Part shown: positions 39,715 through 51,230 of the stretch, piece after piece
How the letters are laid out: the number at the start of each line of letters is the position of its first letter
How positions within the stretch are numbered: position 1 is the first letter of the stretch
Assembly: GCA_964016885.1 (NCBI GenBank)
Contig: OZ024743.1
Span: 137,640,001 to 137,704,000 of the forward strand
DNA length: 64,000 nucleotides
From: Eledone cirrhosa
Taxonomy: Eukaryota
Reading direction: 5' to 3'
The notes under the pieces: generated by a model
What the model saw: the letters and a program-made list of their open reading frames with translations, nothing else
What the model was told of the DNA's origin: nothing
Databases searched by the model: none
Position numbers and translations under genes: made by a program

Positions 39715-42700
39715 GTGCTTGGTGCTTGGTGTTTGTACTTGGTGCTTGGTGCTTGGTTCTTGGTGTTTGGTGCTTGGTGCTTGGTGTTTGGTGCTTGGTG
39801 CTTGGTGTTTGGTGCTTAGTGTTTGGTGCTTGGTGCTTGGTGCTTGGTGCTTGGTGTTTGGTGCTTGGTGTTTGGTGCTTGGTGTTTGGTGCTTGGTGTT
39901 TGGTGTTTGTTGCTTGGTGCTTGGTGTTTGGTGTTTGGTGCTTGGTGTTTGGTGCTTGGTGTTTGGTGTTAGGTGTTTGGTGCTTGGTGTTTGGTGTTTG
40001 GTGCTTGGTGTTTGGTGCTTGGTGCTTGGTGTTTGGTGCTTGGTACTTGGTGCTTGGTGCTTGGTGTTAGGTGTTTGGTGCTTGGTGCTTGGTGTTTGGT
40101 TTTTGGTGCTTGGTGCTTGGTGTTTGGTGTTTGGTGCTTGCTGCTGGCTGCTTGGTGTTTGATGCTTGGTGATTGGTGCTTGGTGTTTGGTGCTTGGTGT
40201 TTGGTGTTTGGTGCTAGGTGCCTGGTGTTTGGTGCTTGGTGCTTGGTGCTTGGTGTTTGGTGTTTGGTGTTTGGTGCTTGGTGCTTGGTGTTTGGTGCTT
40301 GGTGCTGGGTGGTTGGTGTTTAGTGCTTGGTGTTTGGTGCTGGGTGCTTGGTGTTTGGTGCTTGGTGTTTGGTGTTTGGTGCTTGGTGCTTGGTGTTTGG
40401 TGCTTGGTGTTTAGTGTTTGGTGCTTGGTGCTTAGTGTTTGGTGCTAGGTGCTTGGTGTTTGGTGCTTGGTGCTTGGTGTTTGGTGCCTGGTGCTTGGTG
40501 TTTGGTGTTTGGTGTTTGGTGCTTGGTGCTTGGTGTTTGGTGTTTGCTGTTTGCTGTTTGGTGTTTGGTGTTTGGTGTTTGTTGTTTGGTGTTTGCTGTT
40601 TGGTGTTTGGTGTTTGCTTTTTGGTGTTTGGTGTTTGCTGTATGTTGTTTGCTATTTGGTGTTTGGTGTTTGGTGTTTGGTGCTTGTTGCTTGTTGTTTG
40701 GTGCTTGGTGCTTGGTGTTTGGTTCCTGGTGCTTGGTGCTTGGTGCTTGGTGTTTGGTGTTTGGTGCTTGGTGCTTGGAGTTTTGTGTTTGGTGCTTGGT
40801 GCTTGGTGTTTTGTGTTTCGTGTTTGGTTTTTGGTGCTTGGTGCTTGGTGCTTGGTCGTTGGTGTTTGGTGCTGGGTGCTTTGTCTTTGGTGCTTGGTGC
40901 GTGGTGCTTGGTGTTTGGTGTTTGCTGCTTGGTGTTTGATGCTTGGTGCTTGGTGCTTGGTGTTTTGTGTTTGGTGCTTGGTGTTTGGTGCTTGGTGCTT
41001 GGTGTTTGTACTTGGTGCTTGGTGCTTGGTGTTTGGTTCTTGGTTTTTGGTGTTTGGTGTTTGGCGATTGGTGTTTGGTGCTTGGTGCTTGGTGTTTGGT
41101 GCCTGGTGCTTGGTGCTTGGTGCTTGGTGTTTGGTGTTTGGTGCTTGGTGCTTGGAGTTTGGTGTTTGGTGCTTGGTGCTTGGTGTTTTGTGTTTGGTGC
41201 TTGGTGTTTGATGCTTGGTGCTTGGTGCTTGGTGTTTGTACTTGGTGCTTGGTGCTTGGTATTTGGTTCTTGGTTCTTGGTGTTTGGTACTTGGTGCTTG
41301 GTGCTTGGTGCTTGATGTTTGGTGTTTGGTGGTTGGTGTTTGGTGCTTGGTGCTTGGTGCTTGGTGTTAGGTGTTTGGTGCTTGGTCCTTGGTGTTTGGT
41401 GCTTGGTCTTTGGTGTTTGCTGTCTGCTCTTTGGTGTTTAGTGTTTGCTGTATGGTGTTTGGTGTTTGCTGTTTGGTGTTTGTTCTTTGGTGCTTGGTGT
41501 TTGGTGCTTGGTGCTTGGTGTTTGGTGTTTGGTGCTTGGTGCTTGGTGTTTGGTGTTATATGCTTGGTGTTTGATGCTTGGTGCTTGGTGCTTGGTGTTT
41601 GGTGTTTGGTGTTTGTACTTGGTGCTTGGTGCTTGGTGTTTGTACTTGGTGCTTGGTGCTTGGTTCTTGGTGTTTGGTGCTTGGTGCTTGGTGTTTGGTG
41701 CTTGGTGCTTGGTGTTTGGTGCTTAGTGTTTGGTGCTTGGTGCTTGGTGCTTGGTGCTTGGTGTTTGGTGCTTGGTGTTTGGTGCTTGGTGTTTGGTGCT
41801 TGGTGTTTGGTGTTTGTTGCTTGGTGCTTGGTGTTTGGTGTTTGGTGCTTGGTGTTTGGTGCTTGGTGTTTGGTGTTAGGTGTTTGGTGCTTGGTGTTTG
41901 GTGTTTGGTGCTTGGTGTTTGGTGCTTGGTGCTTGGTGTTTGGTGCTTGGTACTTGGTGCTTGGTGCTTGGTGTTAGGTGTTTGGTGCTTGGTGCTTGGT
42001 GTTTGGTTTTTGGTGCTTGGTGCTTGGTGTTTGGTGTTTGGTGCTTGCTGCTGGCTGCTTGGTGTTTGATGCTTGGTGATTGGTGCTTGGTGTTTGGTGC
42101 TTGGTGTTTGGTGTTTGGTGCTAGGTGCCTGGTGTTTGGTGCTTGGTGCTTGGTGCTTGGTGTTTGGTGTTTGGTGTTTGGTGCTTGGTGCTTGGTGTTT
42201 GGTGCTTGGTGCTGGGTGGTTGGTGTTTAGTGCTTGGTGTTTGGTGCTGGGTGCTTGGTGTTTGGTGCTTGGTGTTTGGTGTTTGGTGCTTGGTGCTTGG
42301 TGTTTGGTGCTTGGTGTTTAGTGTTTGGTGCTTGGTGCTTAGTGTTTGGTGCTAGGTGCTTGGTGTTTGGTGCTTGGTGCTTGGTGTTTGGTGCCTGGTG
42401 CTTGGTGTTTGGTGTTTGGTGTTTGGTGCTTGGTGCTTGGTGTTTGGTGTTTGCTGTTTGCTGTTTGGTGTTTGGTGTTTGGTGTTTGTTGTTTGGTGTT
42501 TGCTGTTTGGTGTTTGGTGTTTGCTTTTTGGTGTTTGGTGTTTGCTGTATGTTGTTTGCTATTTGGTGTTTGGTGTTTGGTGTTTGGTGCTTGTTGCTTG
42601 TTGTTTGGTGCTTGGTGCTTGGTGTTTGGTTCCTGGTGCTTGGTGCTTGGTGCTTGGTGTTTGGTGTTTGGTGCTTGGTGCTTGGAGTTTTGTGTTTGGT

Positions 42701-43535
42701 GCTTGGTGCTTGGTGTTTTGTGTTTCGTGTTTGGTTTTTGGTGCTTGGTGCTTGGTGCTTGGTCGTTGGTGTTTGGTGCTGGGTGCTTTGTCTTTGGTGC
42801 TTGGTGCGTGGTGCTTGGTGTTTGGTGTTTGCTGCTTGGTGTTTGATGCTTGGTGCTTGGTGCTTGGTGTTTTGTGTTTGGTGCTTGGTGTTTGGTGCTT
42901 GGTGCTTGGTGTTTGTACTTGGTGCTTGGTGCTTGGTGTTTGGTTCTTGGTTTTTGGTGTTTGGTGTTTGGCGATTGGTGTTTGGTGCTTGGTGCTTGGT
43001 GTTTGGTGCCTGGTGCTTGGTGCTTGGTGCTTGGTGTTTGGTGTTTGGTGCTTGGTGCTTGGAGTTTGGTGTTTGGTGCTTGGTGCTTGGTGTTTTGTGT
43101 TTGGTGCTTGGTGTTTGATGCTTGGTGCTTGGTGCTTGGTGTTTGTACTTGGTGCTTGGTGCTTGGTATTTGGTTCTTGGTTCTTGGTGTTTGGTACTTG
43201 GTGCTTGGTGCTTGGTGCTTGATGTTTGGTGTTTGGTGGTTGGTGTTTGGTGCTTGGTGCTTGGTGCTTGGTGTTAGGTGTTTGGTGCTTGGTCCTTGGT
43301 GTTTGGTGCTTGGTCTTTGGTGTTTGCTGTCTGCTTTTTGGTGTTTAGTGTTTGCTGTATGGTGTTTGGTGTTTGCTGTTTGGTGTTTGTTCTTTGGTGC
43401 TTGGTGTTTGGTGCTTGGTGCTTGGTGTTTGGTGTTTGGTGCTTGGTGCTTGGTGTTTGGTGTTATATGCTTGGTGTTTGATGCTTGGTGCTTGGTGCTT
43501 GGTGTTTGGTGTTTGGTGTTTGTACTTGGTGCTTG
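39715..43535 (+). repeat. Near-perfect tandem duplication, unit 1907 bp
   Basis: ORF pairs 39973/41880, 40166/42073, 40327/42234 and 40449/42356 are identical at offset 1907. GGTCGTT occurs at 40854 and 42761. Confidence 0.93.
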
Positions 43536-46500
43536 GTGCTTGGTGCTGGGTGTTTGGTGCTTGGTGTTTGGTGCTTGGTGCTTGGTGCTTGGTGCTTGGT
43601 GCTTGGTGTTTGGTGGTTGGTGTTTGGTGCTTGGTGTTAGGTGTTTGGTGATTGGTGCTTGGTGTTTGGTGTTTGGTGCTTGGTGTTTGGTGTTTGGTGC
43701 TTTGTGTTTGGTGCTTGGTACTTGGTGCTTGGTGCTTGTTGTTAGGTGTTTGGTGCTTGGTGTTTGGTGCTTGGTGCTTGGTGCTTGGTGCTTGGTGTTT
43801 GGTGGTTGGTGTTTGGTGCTTGGTGTTAGGTGTTTGGTGCTTGGTGCTTGGTGTTTGGTGTTTGGTGCTTGGTGTTTGGTGTTTGGTGCTTGGTGTTTGG
43901 TGCTTTTTGCTTGGTGCTTGGTGCTTGGTGTTTGGTGCTTGTTGCTTGGTGTTTGGTGCTTGGTGCTTGGTGTTTGGTTCCTGGTGCTTGGTGTTTGGTG
44001 CTTGGTGTTTGGTGTTTGGTGCTTGGTGCTTGGAGTTTTGTGCTTGGTGCTTGGTGCTTGGTGTTTTGTGTTTCGTGTTTGGTTTTTGGTGCTTGGTGCT
44101 TGGTGCTTGGTCGTTGGTGTTTGGTGCTGGGTGCTTTGTCTTTGGTGCTTGGTGCTTGGTGCTTGGTGTTTGGTGTTTGCTGCTTGGTGTTTGATGCTTG
44201 GTGCTTGGTGCTTGGTGTTTTGTGTTTGGTGCTTGGTGGTTGGTGCTTGGTGCTTGGTGTTTGTACTTGGTGCTTGGTGCTTGGTGTTTGGTTCTTGGTT
44301 CTTGGTGTTTGGTGTTTGGCGATTGGTGTTTGGTGCTTGGTGCTTGGTGTTTGGTGCCTGGTGCTTGGTGCTTGGTGCTTGGTGTTTGGTGTTTGGTGCT
44401 TGGTGCTTGGAATTTGGTGTTTGGTGCTTGGTGCTTGGTGTTTTGTGTTTGGTGCTTGGTGTTTGATGCTTGGTGCTTGGTGCTTGGTGTTTTGTGTTTG
44501 GTGCTTGGTTCTTGGTGTTTGGTGCTTGGTGCTTGGTGCTTGGTGTTTGTACTTGGTGCTTGGTGCTTGGTATTTGGTTCTTGGTTCTTGGTGTTTGGTA
44601 CTTGGTGTTTGGTGCTTGGTGCTTGATGTTTGGTGTTTGGTGGTTTGTGTTTGGTGCTTGGTGCTTGGTGCTTGGTGTTAGGTGTTTGGTGCTTGGTCCT
44701 TGGTGTTTGGTGCTTGGTCTTTGGTGTTTGATGTCTGCTTTTTGGTGTTTAGTGTTTGCTGTATGGTGTTTGGTGTTTGCTGTTTGGTGTTTGTTCTTTG
44801 GTGCTTGGTGTTTGGTGCTTGGTGCTTGGTGTTTGGTGTTTGGTGCTTGGTGCTTGGTGTTTGGTGTTATATGCTTGGTGTTTGATGCTTGGTGCTTGGT
44901 GCTTGCTGTTTGGTGTTTGGTGTTTGTACTTGGTGCTTGGTGCTTGGTGCTGGGTGTTTGGTGCTTGGTGTTTGGTGCTTGGTGCTTGGTGCTTGGTGCT
45001 TGGTGCTTGGTGTTTGGTGGTTGGTGTTTGGTGCTTGGTGTTAGGTGTTTGGTGATTGGTGCTTGGTGTTTGGTGTTTGGTGCTTGGTGTTTGGTGTTTG
45101 GTGCTTGGTGTTTGGTGCTTGGTACTTGGTGCTTGGTGCTTGTTGTTAGGTGTTTGGTGCTTGGTGTTTGGTGCTTGGTGTTTGGTGCTTGGTGCTTGGT
45201 GCTTGGTGCTTGGTGTTTGGTGGTTGGTGTTTGGTGATTGGTGTTAGGTGTTTGGTGCTTGGTGCTTGGTGTTTGGTGTTTGGTGCTTGGTGCTTGGTGT
45301 TTGGTGCTTGGTGTTTGGTGCTTTTTGCTTGGTGCTTGGTGCTTGGTGTTTGGTGTTTGGTGTTTGGTGCTTGGTGCTTGGTGTTTGGTATTTGCTGTTT
45401 GCTGTTTGGTGTTTGGTGTTTGGTGGTTGGTGTTTGGTGCTTGGTGTTAGGTGTTTGGTGCTTGGTGCTTGGTGTTTGGTGTTTGGTGCTTGGTGTTTGG
45501 TGTTTGGTGCTTGGTGTTTGGTGCTTGGTGTTTGGTGCCTGGTGCTTGGTGTTTGGTGTTTGGTGTTTGGTGCTTGGTGCTTGGTGTTTGGTGTTTGCTG
45601 TTTGCTGTTTGGTGTTTGGTGTTTGGTGCTTGTTGTTTGGTGTTTGCTGTTTGGTGTTTGGTGCTTGGTGCTTAGTGTTTGGTGCTAGGTGCTTGGTGTT
45701 TGGTGCTTGGTGCTTGGTGTTTGGTGCCTGGTGCTTGGTGTTTGCTGTTTGGTGTTTGGTGCTTGGTGCTTGGTGTTTGGTGTTTGCTGTTTGCTGTTTG
45801 GTGTTTGGTGTTTGGTGTTTGTTGTTTGGTGTTTGCTGTTTGGTGTTTGGTGTTTGCTTTTTGGTGTTTGGTGTTTGCTGTATGTTGTTTGCTATTTGGT
45901 GTTTGGTGTTTGGTGTTTGGTGCTTGTTGCTTGGTGTTTGGTGCTTGGTGCTTGGTGTTTGGTTCCTGGTGCTTGGTGCTTGGTGCTTGGTGTTTGGTGT
46001 TTGGTGCTTGGTGCTTGGAGTTTTGTGTTTGGTGCTTGGTGCTTGGTGTTTTGTGTTTCGTGTTTGGTTTTTGGTGCTTGGTGCTTGGTGCTTGGTCGTT
46101 GGTGTTTGGTGCTGGGTGCTTTGTCTTTGGTGCTTGGTGCTTGGTGCTTGGTGTTTGGTGTTTGCTGCTTGGTGTTTGATGCTTGGTGCTTGGTGCTTGG
46201 TGTTTTGTGTTTGGTGCTTGGTGTTTGGTGCTTGGTGCTTGGTGTTTGTACTTGGTGCTTGGTGCTTGGTGTTTGGTTCTTGGTTCTTGGTGTTTGGTGT
46301 TTGGCGATTGGTGTTTGGTGCTTGGTGCTTGGTGTTTGGTGCCTGGTGCTTGGTGCTTGGTGCTTGGTGTTTGGTGTTTGGTGCTTGGTGCTTGGAGTTT
46401 GGTGTTTGGTGCTTGGTGCTTGGTGTTTTGTGTTTGGTGCTTGGTGTTTGATGCTTGGTGCTTGGTGCTTGGTGTTTTGTGTTTGGTGCTTGGTTCTCTG

Positions 46501-49500
46501 TGTTTGGTGCTTGGTGCTTGGTGCTTGGTGTTTGTACTTGGTGCTTGGTGCTTGGTATTTGGTTCTTGGTTCTTGGTGTTTGGTACTTGGTGCTTGGTGC
46601 TTGGTGCTTGATGTTTGGTGTTTGGTGGTTGGTGTTTGGTGCTTGGTGCTTGGTGCTTGGTGTTAGGTGTTTGGTGCTTGGTCCTTGGTGTTTGGTGCTT
46701 GGTGTTTGGTGTTTGCTGTCTGCTTTTTGGTGTTTAGTGTTTGCTGTATGGTGTTTGGTGTTTGCTGTTTGGTGTTTGTTCTTTGGTGCTTGATGTTTGG
46801 TGCTTGGTGCTTGGTGTTTGGTGTTTGGTGCTTGGTGCTTGGTGTTTGGTGTTATATGCTTGGTGTTTGATGCTTGGTCCTTGGTGCTTGGTGTTTGGTG
46901 TTTGGTGTTTGTACTTGGTGCTTGGTGCTTGGTGCTGGGTGTTTGGTGCTTGGTGTTTGGTGCTTGGTGCTTGGTGCTTGGTGCTTGGTGCTTGGTGTTT
47001 GGTGGTTGGTGTTTGGTGCTTGGTGTTAGGTGTTTGGTGATTGGTGCTTGGTGTTTGGTGTTTGGTGCTTGGTGTTTGGTGTTTGGTGCTTGGTGTTTGG
47101 TGCTTGGTACTTGGTGCTTGGTGCTTGTTGTTAGGTGTTTGGTGCTTGGTGTTTGGTGCTTGGTGTTTGGTGCTTGGTGCTTGGTGCTTGGTGCTTGGTG
47201 TTTGGTGGTTGGTGTTTGGTGCTTGGTGTTAGGTGTTTGGTGCTTGGTGCTTGGTGTTTGGTGTTTGGTGCTTGGTGTTTGGTGTTTGGTGCTTGGTGTT
47301 TGGTGCTTTTTGCTTGGTGCTTGGTGCTTGGTGTTTGGTGCTTGGTGCTTGGTGTTTGGTGTTTGGTGCTGGGTGCTTGGTGTTTGGTGTTTGGTGTTAT
47401 ATGCTTGGTGTTTGATGCTTGGTGCTTGGTGCTTGGTGTTTGGTGTTTGGTGCTTGGTGTTTGATGCTTGGTGCTTGGTGCTTGGTGTTTGGTGCTTGGT
47501 GCTTGGTGTTTGGTGCTTGGTGCTTGGTGTTTGGTGCTTGGTGTTTGGTGCTTGGTGTTTGGTGCTTGGTCCTTGGTGCTTGGTGCTTGGTGTTTGGTGG
47601 TTGGTGCTTGGTGCTTGGTGTTAGGTGTTTGGTGCTTGGTGCTTGGTGTTTGGTGTTTGGTGCTTGGTGTTTGGTGTTTGGTGCTTGGTGTTTGGTGCTT
47701 GGTACTTGGTGCTTGGTGCTTGGTGTTAGGTGTTTGGTGCTTGGTGTTTGGTGTCTGGTTTTTGGTGCTTGGTGCTTGGTGTTTGGTGCTTGCTGCTGGC
47801 TGCTTGGTGTTTGGTGCTTGGTGATTGGTGCCTGGTGTTTGGTGCTTGGTGTTTGGTGTTTGGTGCTAGGTGCTTGGTGTTTGGTGCTTGGTGCTTGGTG
47901 TTTGTACTTGGTGCTTGGTGCTTGGTTCTTGGTGTTTGGTGCTTGGTGCTTGGTGTTTGGTGCTTGGTGCTTGGTGTTTGGTGCTTGGTGTTTGGTGCTT
48001 GGTGTTTGGTGCTTGGTGCTTGGTGCTTGGTGTTTGGTGCTTGGTGTTTGGTGCTTGGTGTTAGGTGTTTGGTGCTTGGTGCTTGGTGTTTGGTGCTTGG
48101 TGTTTGATGCTTGGTGCTTTGTGCTTGGTGTTTGGTGCTTGGTGCTTGGTGTTTGTACTTGGTGCTTGGTGCTTGGTTCTTGGTGTTTGGTGCTTGGTGC
48201 TTGGTGTTTGGTGTTTGGTGCTTGGTGTTTGGTGCTTGGTGTTTGGTGCTTGGTGCTTGGTGTTTGGTGCTTGGTGCTGGGTGGTTGGTGTTTAGTGCTT
48301 GGTGTTTGGTGCTGGGTGCTTGGTGTTTGGTGCTTGGTGTTTGGTGTTTGGTGCTTGGTGCTTGGTGTTTGGTGCTTGGTGTTTAGTGTTTGGTGCTTGG
48401 TGCTTAGTGTTTGGTGCTAGGTGCTTGGTGTTTGGTGTTTGGTGTTTGGTGCTTGGTGCTTGGTGTTTGGTGTTTGCAGTTTGCTGTTTGGTGTTTGGTG
48501 TTTGGTGTTTGTTGTTTGGTGTTTGCTGTTTGGTGTTTGGTGCTTGGTGCTTAGTGTTTGGTGCTAGGTGCTTGGTGTTTGGTGCTTGGTGCTTGGTGTT
48601 TGGTGCCTGGTGCTTGGTGTTTGGTGTTTGGTGTTTGGTGCTTGGTGCTTGGTGTTTGGTGTTTGCTGTTTGCTGTTTGGTGTTTGGTGTTTGGTGTTTG
48701 TTGTTTGGTGTTTGCTGTTTGGTGTTTGGTGTTTGCTTTTTGGTGTTTGGTGTTTGGTGCTTGGTGCTTGGAGTTTTGTGTTTGGTGCTTGGTGCTTGGT
48801 GTTTTGTGTTTCGTGTTTGGTTTTTGGTGCTTGGTGCTTGGTGCTTGGTCGTTGGTGTTTGGTGCTGGGTGCTTTGTCTTTGGTGCTTGGTGCTTGGTGC
48901 TTGGTGTTTGGTGTTTGCTGCTTGGTGTTTGATGCTTGGTGCTTGGTGCTTGGTGTTTTGTGTTTGGTGCTTGGTGTTTGGTGCTTGGTGCTTGGTGTTT
49001 GTACTTGGTGCTTGGTGCTTGGTGTTTGGTTCTTGGTTCTTGGTGTTTGGTGTTTGGCGATTGGTGTTTGGTGCTTGGTGCTTGGTGTTTGGTGCCTGGT
49101 GCTTGGTGCTTGGTGCTTGGTGTTTGGTGTTTGGTGCTTGGTGCTTGGAGTTTGGTGTTTGGTGCTTGGTGCTTGGTGTTTTGTGTTTGGTGCTTGGTGT
49201 TTGATGCTTGGTGCTTGGTGCTTGGTGTTTTGTGTTTGGTGCTTGGTTCTTGGTGTTTGGTGCTTGGTGCTTGGTGCTTGGTGTTTGTACTTGGTGCTTG
49301 GTGCTTGGTATTTGGTTCTTGGTTCTTGGTGTTTGGTACTTGGTGCTTGGTGCTTGGTGCTTGATGTTTGGTGTTTGGTGGTTGGTGTTTGGTGCTTGGT
49401 GCTTGGTGCTTGGTGTTAGGTGTTTGGTGCTTGGTCCTTGGTGTTTGGTGCTTGGTGTTTGGTGTTTGCTGTCTGCTTTTTGGTGTTTAGTGTTTGCTGT

Positions 49501-51230
49501 ATGGTGTTTGGTGTTTGCTGTTTGGTGTTTGTTCTTTGGTGCTTGATGTTTGGTGCTTGGTGCTTGGTGTTTGGTGTTTGGTGCTTGGTGCTTGGTGTTT
49601 GGTGTTATATGCTTGGTGTTTGATGCTTGGTGCTTGGTGCTTGGTGTTTGGTGTTTGGTGTTTGTACTTGGTGCTTGGTGCTTGGTGCTGGGTGTTTGGT
49701 GCTTGGTGTTTGGTGCTTGGTGCTTGGTGCTTGGTGCTTGGTGCTTGGTGTTTGGTGGTTGGTGTTTGGTGCTTGGTGTTAGGTGTTTGGTGATTGGTGC
49801 TTGGTGTTTGGTGTTTGGTGCTTGGTGTTTGGTGTTTGGTGCTTGGTGTTTGGTGCTTGGTACTTGGTGCTTGGTGCTTGTTGTTAGGTGTTTGGTGCTT
49901 GGTGTTTGGTGCTTGGTGTTTGGTGCTTGGTGCTTGGTGCTTGGTGCTTGGTGTTTGGTGGTTGGTGTTTGGTGCTTGGTGTTAGGTGTTTGGTGCTTGG
50001 TGCTTGGTGTTTGGTGTTTGGTGCTTGGTGCTTGGTGTTTGGTGCTTGGTGTTTGGTGCTTTTTGCTTGGTGCTTGGTGCTTGGTGTTTGGTGCTTGGTG
50101 CTTGGTGTTTGGTGTTTGGTGTTATATGCTTGGTGTTTGATGCTTGGTGCTTGGTGCTTGGTGTTTGGTGTTTGGTGCTTGGTGTTTGATGCTTGGTGCT
50201 TGGTGCTTGGTGTTTGGTGCTTGGTGCTTGGTGTTTGGTGCTTGGTGCTTGGTGTTTGGTGCTTGGTGTTTGGTGCTTGGTGTTTGGTGCTTGGTCCTTG
50301 GTGCTTGGTGCTTGGTGTTTGGTGGTTGGTGCTTGGTGCTTGGTGTTAGGTGTTTGGTGCTTGGTGCTTGGTGTTTGGTGTTTGGTGCTTGGTGTTTGGT
50401 GTTTGGTGCTTGGTGTTTGGTGCTTGGTACTTGGTGCTTGGTGCTTGGTGTTAGGTGTTTGGTGCTTGGTGTTTGGTGTCTGGTTTTTGGTGCTTGGTGC
50501 TTGGTGTTTGGTGCTTGCTGCTGGCTGCTTGGTGTTTGGTGCTTGGTGTTTGGTGCTTGGTGCTTGGTGCTTGGTGCTTGGTGCTTGGTGTTTGGTGGTT
50601 GGTGTTTGGTGCTTAGTGTTAGGTGTTTGGTGCTTGGTGCTTGGTGTTTGGTGTTTGGTGCTTGGTGTTTGGTGTTTGGTGCTAGGTGCTTGGTGTTTGG
50701 TGCTTGGTGCTTGGTGTTTGTACTTGGTGCTTGGTGCTTGGTTCTTGGTGTTTGGTGCTTGGTGCTTGGTGTTTGGTGCTTGGTGCTTGGTGTTTGGTGC
50801 TTGGTGTTTGGTGTTTGGTGTTTGGTGTTTGGTGCTTGGTGCTTGGTGTTTGGTGCTTGGTGTTTGGTGCTTGGTGTTAGGTGTTTGGTGCTTGGTGCTT
50901 GGTGTTTGGTGCTTGGTGTTTGATGCTTGGTGCTTTGTGCTTGGTGTTTGGTGCTTGGTGCTTGGTGTTTGTACTTGGTGCTTGGTGCTTGGTTCTTGGT
51001 GTTTGGTGCTTGGTGCTTGGTGTTTGGTGTTTGGTGCTTGGTGTTTGGTGCTTGGTGTTTGGTGCTTGGTGCTTGGTGTTTGGTGCTTGGTGCTGGGTGG
51101 TTGGTGTTTAGTGCTTGGTGTTTGGTGCTGGGTGCTTGGTGTTTGGTGCTTGGTGTTTGGTGTTTGGTGCTTGGTGCTTGGTGTTTGGTGCTTGGTGTTT
51201 AGTGTTTGGTGCTTGGTGCTTAGTGTTTGG
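43535..51230 (+). repeat. Further rearranged copies of the ~1.3-2.8 kb right-domain module
   Basis: GGTCGTT occurs at 44109, 46094 and 48847. ORF offsets are 1985 (44682/46667), 2753 (46667/49420, 47135/49888) and 2816 (48065/50881). Confidence 0.82.
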
